The translations under genes and the position numbers were made by a program. Positions 1-9,328 of a stretch of 64,000 bases of DNA are shown piece by piece. Positions within the stretch are counted from its first letter, which is position 1. Each line of letters begins with the position of its first letter. This DNA is from Hypanus sabinus (Eukaryota), in contig NC_082709.1 in the NCBI RefSeq assembly GCF_030144855.1, positions 80,476,001 to 80,540,000 on the forward strand, given 5' to 3'. A model generated the notes under the pieces. The model was not told the DNA's origin and searched no databases. It saw only the letters and a program-made list of their open reading frames with translations.

Positions 1-3000
1 GGACAATCTGGATCCTTTCCTGGGCCTGTGCAAAACACACATGGGGACATTAGTAGGGCCGTGGTCTCACAAACGTTTAGAATTAGAACAGAGTGTTTAT
101 GAGTCTTAGTACAAGACAAAATCAAACATCAACTTAAAATATACAGACCGCAAATGGAGGGCTACTAACAACTGTGAATTGAAGGCCACATCATTGGCAG
201 TTTCCGTCTACAGCTAGAGGTTTCAACAGGGAATGAGCAATGAACCACACGGATGAAGAACAAGACGCTTGACTGAATGAGGGAATGGCATCGATGCCAC
301 AGGATGCTACTTACACAGAGACTAGAGTCTGCTCTCCTTTCACCAGAAATAGCGAGGGGGAGATTTTATAGAAATCGACAATCTCACAAAGAGGGGAATC
401 AAGGAGGCGAAACAGACAGTCGTCCGAATGGGTTGTTACAAAGATTAAACAGTAATTTATAAAGACAGTGGCATAAACAGTTGCATGTTAACTTTGCAAA
501 CACGAGGAAAGCTGCAGATGCTGGAAATTCAAGCAATACACAAAAAATGCTGGTAGAACACAGCAGGCCAGGCAGCATCTATAGGGAGGAGCACTGTCGA
601 CGTTTCGGGCCGAGACCCTTTGTCAGGACCAACTGAAAGGAAAGATAGTAAGAGATTTGAAAGTGGGAGGGGGAGGGGGAGATCCGAAATGATAGTAGAA
701 GTCCAGAGGGGGTGGGGTGAAGCTAAGAGCTGGAAAGGTGATTGGCAAAAGGGATACAGGGCTGGAGAAGGGAAAGGATCATGGGACGGGAGGCCCAGGC
801 AGAAAGAAAGGGGGAGGGGGGGAGCACCAGAGGGAGATGGTGAACAGGCAAAGAGTGATGGGCAGAGCCAGAAAGAAAGAGGGGGGAATAAATAAATCAA
901 GGATGGTGTAAGAAAGGGAGGAGGGGCATTAACGGAAGTTAGAGAAATCAATGTTCATGCCATCAGGATGGAGGCTACCCAGCCGGTAAATAAGGTTGTC
1001 CCTCCAACCTGAGTGTGGCTTCATTTTGACAATAGACAAGGCCATGGGTAGACGTATCAGAATGGGAATGGGACATGGAATTAAAATGTGTGGCCACAGG
1101 GAGATGCTGCTTACTCTGCACCTACACACCTATGCTCTGTCCACCAGAGAAAGCAGGATCTCCCAGTAGCCACACATTTTAGGTGAACTGGTTAGGGGAA
1201 TCGATGACAGGTGACTATGGGAATGGGAACTTTTTAGGGGTGTCTTGTAATGTGAGCTGAGGTGTCCTATGTCTGCACCCTGTGGTACCTGATGCCCAAT
1301 GGCCATCACACATTTTTAAGATAAGCAGATCATAGGCATCTTCTACACTTCAAAACTTGAGTAGAGGCAAATAAAAGTCACAGAAAAAAAGGTGCTGGGG
1401 TCCTCTCAGTCCATACCACCCATCAAGCAGCCACCTAAAGAAATCTCTTTCAGAGTGATTGGGGCAGTGGTAGTAGAAGGGAGATGCAGCCTGGAGAGAA
1501 ACTGTGAGGAAGGAGAGGCAGTGGAACAGCATAAAGGCAGTCAGTTATATGGTGTGAAATATGTCTATTTTAGTACAAGTAATGTCAGGAACAAGGGTGA
1601 TGAAGTTAGAGCATAGGTCAGTACATGGAAGTTCAATGTTGTGGCCATTACAGAGACTTGCCTGTCAGAAGGGCAAGAATTTTCTGTTGCATTTTCTGGG
1701 GTTTAGATTTTTCAAAAGGGACAGGGAGAGAGGGGAAATGGTGGGGGAGTGGGATTGCTAATCTGGGATGGTATCGCAGGGCATCCTTGAGGGATCGTCT
1801 ACTGAGTCAGTGTTGATGGAAGTCAGAAACAGCAAGGGAGCAGTCACTCTATTGAATGTTTTCTGTCCATCCCCCTACAGTATCAGAGATACTGAGCTGC
1901 AGATTGGGAGGCAGATTTTGGAAAGATACAGGGTTGTGGTCATGGGTGACTTCAAGTTCTCTAATATTGATTGTCAGCTCCTCAGTGCAAAAAGTTTAGA
2001 TGGGACAGAACACGTTAGGTGTGTACTGGAAGGATTCCTGACACAGTGTGCAGACAGGCCAACTAGAGGAGAGGTCACATTAAGACTGGTTCTAGCCAAT
2101 GAACGTGGTCAGGTGACATATCTTTTTTAGATGAGCATTTTGGAGACAGTGACTACAACTCCCACAACTTTACCATAGCCTTTTAGAAGGATAGGAGCAA
2201 ACAGTATGATAAATTATTTAATTGGAGGCAGGTGAATTATGATGCTATTAGATAGGAACGAGAGCATAAATTGGGAACAGATGCACTCAGAGAAATGCAC
2301 CATGGAAATGTGAAGGCTGTAGTACTTGCATGTGATTCTGGATAGGTTTACCCTATAAAGGCAAGGAAAAGATGGTAGGGTGAAGGAATCACGGTTGACA
2401 AGAGAAGTGGAACACCTAGTTTAGAGGAAGAAAGAAACATACCTAACATTTAGTAAGACAAGATCAGACTCTTGAGAGTTACAAGGTAGGCTATAACACA
2501 TAGGAGCATAATTAGACCATTTGGCCCATCTAGTCTGCTAGTAGCCAGGCAGCAGCTAACAAATGGACTTAGGAGAGCTAGAACTGGACATGAAAAGGCC
2601 ATCACACATCGAATTAAGGAAATCCCCAAGGCAGAACAGTGGATGTAGTCTTATGGATTTTAGTAACGCATTTGACATGTTCCTCATGGTAAGCTCATTC
2701 AAAAAGTAAAGAGGCATTGAATTCAGGGAAACGTGTCTACGTGGATTCAGAGTTGGCTAGCCCACAGAAGGCAGAAGGTGGTAGCTGACGGAACACATTC
2801 TGACTTGAAGTCTTCTCGCTCGTGGTGTTTGCAAAAATCTGTCCTGAAACTCTTCTCTTTGTAATATTTTTTAAATGACTTAGATCAGGAAGCGGAAGGG
2901 AGAGTTAGTAAGTTTGCAGATAACACAAAGATTGATGCTGTTATGCATAGAATAGAGGATTGATTTCGGTTAAAATGGGACATTCATGGAATGCAGAGCT

Positions 3001-4059
3001 GGGCTGGAAAATGGCAGATGGTGTTCAATTTAGAAAAGTATCAAGTTTTTCTCTTTGGAAGGTCAAAATTGAAGGCAGAATATACAGAGTTAATGGCAGG
3101 GATCTTAAGTGGAGGAAAAGAGGGATCTTGAAGTCCATGTCCATGGATCCCTTAAATTTGCTGAGGAAGTTGACAGGATGATTAAGAAGACATCTGGAGT
3201 TACTCATAGGATTGAGTGTAAGAGCTGTTAGGTAATGTTGCAGTTCTATGTTCTATGTTTCTATAACTCTTCTATAAAACTCAGGTTAGACCACACTTGG
3301 AGTATTGTGTTCAGTTTTGTTCACTTCAATATAGGAAGTACATGGCTTTAGAGAGGGTGCAGAGGAGACTTACCATGATGCTGATCAGATTAGAGGGCAT
3401 GTGTCATGAGGATAAATTGGGATTTTCTCCTTGGAGAGAAGGAAGATGAGACATGATTTGATTGAGGTGTACAAGATGATAACAGGCAAAGGTAGAGTGG
3501 GCAACAGAGACTTTTTCCCAGGATGAAAATGGCTAATAAAAGGAGCATAACTTTCAGGCGTTTGGAGGAATGTATGGGCAGGCAGTGTCAGAGGTAGGTC
3601 TTTTACACAGAGAACAGTGGATGCATAGAACGTCTTGCCAGGGTGGTGGTCGAGGCAAATACATTTAGGACATTATTGGGACTCTTAGATAGACATATGC
3701 AAGAAAGGAACACGGAGGACTATGAGGGAGGGATGGGTTAGAATGATATTAGAATAGACATTGTGCATGTACTGTGCTGCATTGTTCTCATGCTCATTCA
3801 CCATTAGCTGCTCAGTGGCGTTGGCAATTGAAGCAATCATATACTCCTTAAATGTTGTGAAAATTTTTGCCCTCAATATCTTCACAGACGCTGGGTTCCA
3901 AATTTCAAGCATACCCTGGAGGAACATTTTTCTAATGTCCCATCCAAACCTCTTACTTTTTTGACTTAAATCAATGTAGACACCTCAGCTGTGGGGAAAA
4001 ATAATGCAATACATTCTAATTCCACCACACATAATTTGATGCACCTCTATTCCCCCCCC

Positions 4060-4094
<35 letters not shown>

Positions 4095-5043
4095 CCATCG
4101 TCTCCTTGATCCCAGTGGGCCAACTAAGCTGAACAATCATTTAACCAGGTTGGAGGGGGCACTTAATCTTGGGTGTCAGATTATTAGGATGGTGCTGTTG
4201 ATTTCATCACCCGTGGTGGACACCGTTTTTCTGTTGATTCGAGGAGATTTTGAGGGGATAAGAAGATTCACAGCAGATGGTCAGAAGGGATAAATGCAGT
4301 GGGTAGTTGAAACGATCAGACAGCCTGATCAGGGGGCGCAGGGAGAAGGAGTGAGAGTAACAAGCAGAAGGTCGCAGAGAGCGGCATGTTTAGTGTTAGA
4401 GCATGTGAGATGAGGAGAGGGTGTTAGATACACAGTGTGGGCCACCAGTGAGTGGGACACAGGAGGAGATCGACAGGGTGTGAAGGCTGCAGTCAGATAT
4501 ATTCCCTTTGAATGTTTTCCTTAGGATCCGAGCTGGAGTGACAGAAAATGCCAATGACATGGAGAGAAAGCATTGACATTCTGTAATAGTTTATTCACCT
4601 GTTCAATTTCAAGTCAGATTCTTAGCATCACACAAATATCTCGAATAATTTACGTTAAAGTAAAATGCAGAGATTACTCACAGGAACCTCCGCCGAAAGT
4701 TTCACCAGCTCCAAGAGCTTGGTTTTCAACGACAGCCTCTCAGTCACACAGTGTCGAGGGAGGCGGCCACCCTGAGACAGAAGATATCAACGTTACTGAC
4801 AATCCCCACACACAGAAACACCGGACAACAGACTCTTTGAAATCACCTGATTGGTAACAGCAAACAGCCGGGGACTGTCAGGACCGGTCTCTGGGAGCGG
4901 GTTCAACTCACCATTTCATTTAGCTCGCCCAGAGTCTCTCTGTTGAGAACTTGCAGTAACTGTAACCTCTCACAGCCCAGGGTCAGGGTCACGGTCAACA
5001 ACAGCCACACACTGCAAACTCTCCAAACACGGCCCAATGCCAT
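1..5043 (-). CDS. IFN: Type I interferon, copy A (partial). Exon1 5043-4912, exon2 4771-4682, exon3 starts at 25 and runs off the window
   Basis: Exon1 reads MALGRVWRVCSVWLLLTVTLTLG|CERLQLLQVLNRETLGELNEM, then donor GTGAGT. Exon2 reads GGRLPRHCVTERLSLKTKLLELVKLSAEVP, flanked by CAG and GTGAGT. The exon3 acceptor CAG at 28-26 is followed by AQERIQIV. Start context is AAGATGG. The symbol is family-level only. Confidence 0.85.
498..1181 (-). mobile_element. Penelope-like retroelement 3' fragment (GIY-YIG C-terminal remnant plus terminal repeat with hammerhead motif) in IFN intron 2. Also at ~10254-10934, 20018-20703, 29768-30418 (truncated), 38187-38870, 47686-48371 and 57006-57691
   Basis: The minus-strand frame ..LRLEEQHIIYQLGSLQPDGMNIDFSNFR* resembles Penelope endonuclease C-termini. 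It is followed by CTGACNA-(A)GGGTCTCGGCCC-RAAACGTC. Recognised from memory, not by search; boundaries are approximate. Confidence 0.7.
596..629 (-). ncRNA. Degenerate minimal hammerhead ribozyme motif (Penelope-associated), core mutated
   Basis: Minus strand reads GTC-CTGACAA-A-GGG-TCTCGG-CCC-GAAA-C-GTC-GAC. This gives stem I GTC/GAC, stem II GGG/CCC, GAAA and a GUC site. The core has CUGACAA instead of CUGANGA. Confidence 0.55.
1550..3760 (+). mobile_element. Decayed CR1-clade LINE ORF2 (APE endonuclease, RT remnants and 3' end), antisense within IFN intron 2. Also at ~11303-13513, 21072-23282, 30419-31693 (5' part deleted), 39239-41202, 48740-50950 and 58060-60270
   Basis: Broken frames contain NVRNKGDE..VVAITET, VVVMGDFKFSNID..FLTQCADRPTRGE (APE), DFS.AFD..PHGKL and SKFADNTK (RT), LVRPHLEYCVQF-like and FTQR motifs. 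There are many stops and frameshifts. Confidence 0.85.
4052..4090 (+). repeat. Poly(C)+(AC)n microsatellite in intron 2; about 14, 24, 13, 12, 8, 8 and 12 AC units in units 1-7
   Basis: Read directly at ~4052, 13805, 23574, 31985, 41494, 51242 and 60562. Confidence 0.95.
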
Positions 5044-5227
5044 CTTCACCCGACACTGAATACAGCACCGATCTGAGACCAGAATCAGCTCCGAAAACGG
5101 GTCTTGTTCGCCGAATGGAACTCTCGATATGGAAATGCCACGGCTTGTGATCCGGGAGCGAACGCTGGTGCTGCCGAGACCCGTGTCTGGGGATCCTGTT
5201 CTGAGCTCTCTCTGCCATGCTGCCGGA

Positions 5228-5372
5228 TTTTATATGTGAAAATCCGAAAATAGGTTTCATTCGAAAAGTGAAATGACCGGGATATTTGGGAGCCTGTCGG
5301 GAGAGAGCGGTCTCCGCTCTGAAGTAAGGAATCTGAAAGCTGGAGAGTCCAGCTGCAGCGACGGGAAAATCC
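5228..5372 (-). promoter_or_regulatory. IFN proximal promoter, copy A: TATA box, IRF-binding elements and a kB-like site
   Basis: TATAAAA on the minus strand at 5234-5228, 185 bp upstream of the ATG. GAAAAGTGAAA at 5263-5273 matches GAAANNGAAA (PRD-I/III-like), with further GAAA cores at 5238-5259. GGGAAAATCC at 5363-5372 is near the kB consensus. Confidence 0.7.
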
Positions 5373-6284
5373 GCCAGCGGGGAGAGCAACAGCGCTCAGG
5401 ATCTTGGTGCGTTCGTTCAGTTCGGGGGTCCAAGGTGTTGTGGAGGGTGGGTCGAGTTTGGCAAGGGACGTGCTGGGGTGAGGACGTGACTGTGTCGGTG
5501 CATCCGTCGGGGCTGCATGTTATCAGGGTTACCGTAACACTGCATCTGTCAGCGCTGATCTTCTCTGTTACATCCAACTGCAGTGGTGCCATATCGCAGG
5601 GTGGTCAGTGCAGAGCGCCCGGGCCACGTCCTTCTGCTGGCGACTGTGCTCGCTATGAAGATGGTATGGTGTCTGGGTTCTTTACAGAAGACACTTCGGC
5701 GTTTCTTTCGTCTCCGGATCGCAAGGCGATTCCGATGCCTGCTCTCTCTGCGGGATAGTCTCCAGCTCAGCTTGCCGCTGGGAAGTGGCTGCGCGGCAAA
5801 TTCACCCGAAACGAAAGCGTCCCAGGGTAAAAGTGACGGTTCGTCCTTTCCGAAAGTGGGCGTGTTTATCAACAGGAGTGGAACGCCAATAAAACTGCAG
5901 AAGCCATGACATCTACTTCCTGATTAAGTGCTGGAGTCCTCGGAGCAGGGGGTTCTCTCTCATTCCTATGGTTTTCGTCACTATCTAGCGCGGGATTTCT
6001 CTGATATTACACTGGTTGAAGTATACATTCCCACCCCAGGCAGATGTCAAATTAACACCGGAGGGATTGAGCTCCGTGATTAACTGGCCTCCCCAATGCC
6101 CTCCTCAGTATCGAAGGGCACTTCAACCAGTTTAGCGTGAAGGAGCCTCTACCGAACTACTGCCAGCATGCACCGGGAACATCCAAGGACTCAACACACT
6201 CGACCACTGCGGGATGCAACAGTAAAGACACGCAGCAGACCAGCATCCCTATTTTCTTAGTTGAAGGCGACTCAAAATGTCATC

Positions 6285-6600
6285 GAATACTCTGCCAAAC
6301 TTCTGCAGATGTACAGTAGAAAGCGTTCTGGCGGGTTGCATCGTGGATTGGTGTGGAAACTCAATGCACAGGAATTCAAGAGGCTGCAGAGTGTAGTACA
6401 CTCGTCCAGTTTCCTCACTCTCCACACCATAAATGACATCGGCAGGAGACAGTGCCCCAGGAAAGCAACATCCATTAGAAACGTTCCCACGAGGCAGAAA
6501 CTAGAGGGGCCAGAAGACTCACATCTCAAAGCTCTTCAGCAGCTTCTTCCCCACCGTCTCGGGGTCCTGTTCCGACCTGAAATACCCTAACACGACCCTG
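6285..6600 (+). mobile_element. Rex1/Babar-like LINE 3' fragment upstream of the IFN promoter, in every unit; 5' part deleted in unit 6
   Basis: Degenerate RCTVESVLAGCIVDWCGN..KRLQSVV..RKATSII motif, which I recognise as typical of Rex1/Babar RT C-termini. Confidence 0.55.
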
Positions 6601-6686
6601 GATCAACTTGCACAACTTACTTGTGTAGTTATGTCTACTTTTCTTATTTCGTAACTTGTGTATAATTTATGTTCCTGTAAGTTTAC

Positions 6687-7570
6687 AGAACATAGAACAG
6701 TACAGCACAGGAACAGGCCCTTCGGCCCACAATGTTGTATCGAGGCAGCTTAAAAATAATTTAAAAACGAATCCCTCCTACCTCCATCTTCCTCATATCC
6801 ACGTCCATGTGCTTATCTAAACATCTCTTTAAAAGCCTCTTCTACCATACAGGCAGCACATTCCAGGCATCTACCACTTCCTAAGTAAAAAAACTTACCT
6901 CTCGATTCCCCTTTGAACCTACCCCAACCCGCCGTCAATGCATGCCCTCTGGTATTAGATATTTCTACCCTGGGAGAAAAAAGAGACTTCCTGTCTACTC
7001 TACCTATGCATCTCATCATCATATAACCATATAACAATCACAGCACGGAAACAGGCCATCCTGGCCCTTCTAGTCTGTGCCGAACGCTTACTCTCACCCA
7101 GTCCCACTGGCCCGCACTCAGCCCATTACCCTCCATTCCTTTCCTGTCCATATACCTATCCAACTTTACTTTAAATGACAATACCGAACCTGCCTCTACC
7201 ACTTCTACTGGAAGCTCATTCCACACAGTTACCACTCTCTGAGTAAAGAATATAAACCACTATCAGCTCTCCCTCCCAGCCTATGCTGCTCCAAAGCAAG
7301 CAATCCAAATCTGTTCAGCCTCTCGTGACAGCACATGCCCTCTAAATCAGGCAACATCCTGGTAAACCTCTTCTGCACCCTCTCGAAATCTTCAACATCC
7401 TTCCTATAGTGGAGCGACAAGAACTGTATGCAAACCACCAGAGGTGGCCTAACAAGAGTCGATAAAGTTGCAACGTAACCTCTTGACCTTTGAACTCAAT
7501 GCCACGACTGATAAAAACAAGTACTGTATCCCATAAGCCTTCTTAACCACCTTATCGACCTGTGTCCCTT
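6687..7570 (-). mobile_element. CR1-clade LINE 3' fragment containing a nested second CR1 3' fragment (~7022-7250). Also at ~16461-17342, 26211-27092, 34618-35499, 44119-45002, 53449-54330 and 63195-64000
   Basis: Minus-strand frames YRKDVEDFERVQKRFTRMLP and SNTRGHALKV..RGKFF are interrupted by FFTQRVVAVWNELPVEVVEAG, which has its own 3' tail. The outer element ends in an AGAACAT-type tail at ~6687. Confidence 0.8.
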
Positions 7571-8260
7571 TCTTGCCTGCACTACCTTGGAGGTCCTTCT
7601 CCTCAGCCTCTTTCCTAACTCTATATACTCACTGTACAGGACTTTGTTTTTGTAAATTACGTTTGCTAACTTCTGTTAGTAATGTTTATAATATGCTGTG
7701 CTGTTCTTGCAAACAAAAAGCTAATTTTCATGGCATTTATAACGTGGGCACTGATGCTTCTGACAATAAACTTAAATTTAGAATTTATGATCCTGGATTC
7801 TAAAAGCACGTCTGTTCTCAATCCCAGTCCCATTCTGACCTAACTGCAGCCTCCTCCACTGCCACAGTGAGCCCGATATTAGCAAGAAGAGCCGTACGTT
7901 ACCCTCCCTGACAGTGCTACTGCATGTGGCTTCTGCTTTTACAAAATGGGCCTGTGTTACACGTTCACTTCGGATTCAACACTTCCTCATTCGAAGGGAG
8001 AATATGAAGATGAAAACCAAGAACGTAAATCCAAGTATCATACAGGGAAGATAAAAATCAAGTCAAATCACTGTGAAGTGTACTCATATGCTGAGTGTGA
8101 CATTGCAGGGGAAAGAATAAAGCGGGGGAAGTACCTTTAACAAGATGTGAGAAGACGAAATGTTATATTCTGTGAGGAGGATCAGCGTGCACAAAATTTG
8201 TATTCCAAAAATGTGAAATATTCAGAATAATTAACATGTAGAAACATCTTCAATGATTTT

Positions 8261-9328
8261 TTTATTAAATGTAGAAATATATTATCCATTGCAATTCTCA
8301 CAATAATAATAAATTAAAAGTTTTGAGATACATGTACATACTTTTAAAAATGATCAGAATAAATACAGTATAAATAAATTAAGTTAAATATATCTTCTAA
8401 CCATTGGAAGAACAATCACATTATGCTCACTGAAGGTCAGTGATGAAATCAAGAGGAATGGTTTTGCAAACCACAACCTGTGCACTAAGTGTAGGTCAGA
8501 ACATTCCCAATGCATATTCCCATTGCAAAAATGACAATTAGAGGAATAATTTTTGGGAAAACGAACGGAACTTTAAACAATTTTCCTTTGAAAAGGGGCT
8601 GAAACCTACAACTCTCAGATTAAACTGATAACACTAGAGGATGCTGGACAGAAGAAATTGCAAAATTTCATGTGCATGAACTTATGAGAAACAAAATTCC
8701 ACCCAGGATTAATTTTAGGTAGGGAACTAAAATGATGTAAACCATAACAGAGATAAGATGCAGAATGGCAGATAGAGTAAGAAGCTGTCCACTGTGCACC
8801 TTTTCCAGGAATGGATCATTGCATTACAGTAGCTGCCTGTCTTGATATGAATGGACAAGAATAGGATCATTCGGCAAATTCACATGTCATCACTGAGTAA
8901 TACTACAAAAATAAATTAATAAATAAATAATACAATAAATTAATACAACACTGGATATGGAGAAAGACCCGGACATTATTCCTTCCACATCACTTGCCAA
9001 ATGAATATGTGTGATTCATATAGTTATATAATAAATAGTAAAAACAGAAAATACTGCAAACATGCACAGCTCAGACATCTGCTGAGAGGAGTGAACAACA
9101 GTTAGCGTTTCAAGTTTATGAGCATTGACTCGAGGAATTAACTCAGGTTTCTTCTGCACATGCACTGATTATTTGCACCAGTTGGCGTTTCCATTAACAT
9201 TTCTAGCATTTAGTTTAATTTATTTTTGAATGTAATATCAGTCTGTTCAGATATACTTTTCCTTGAAATTTATTTTAAATAAATAGTCATAAATCTTGAT
9301 CCCTCATGAAATTGACTCTGGAAAATCT
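8261..9328 (-). promoter_or_regulatory. Putative IFN 3'UTR of copy B with AU-rich elements and poly(A) signals; repeated after every complete copy
   Basis: Minus-strand ATTTA/TTATTTATT clusters at ~9276-9294, ~8911-8942 and ~8358-8390. AATAAA on the minus strand at 9274-9269, 9224-9219 and 8266-8261. Confidence 0.6.

Noticed and set aside
529-951. Pro/Ser/Leu-rich 140-aa ORF and Gly/Arg-rich antisense ORFs
   Set aside because: These are low-complexity purine/pyrimidine-skewed UTR sequence of the Penelope-like element.
1768-2130. 120-aa ORF with a GDF motif as a host nuclease gene
   Set aside because: It is a fragment of the decayed CR1 APE endonuclease, surrounded by stops and frameshifts.
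4095-4560. Possible additional decayed retroelement in intron 2
   Set aside because: The composition is suggestive, but I could not identify a convincing protein motif or terminus by eye.
5216-5218. Upstream ATG as an alternative start or uORF
   Set aside because: It is only ~10 nt downstream of the TATA box, so probably upstream of the transcription start.
5304-5320. 7-bp inverted repeat AGAGCGG-TCT-CCGCTCT in the promoter
   Set aside because: It is short enough to occur by chance in GC-rich DNA, with no supporting evidence of function.
4970-5909. Overlapping 107-167 aa ORFs on both strands in the GC-rich block of each unit
   Set aside because: They have no recognisable domain and overlap IFN exon 1 and the promoter in other frames. 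A 4-bp deletion in unit 2 disrupts some of them. They are expected by chance in GC-rich DNA.
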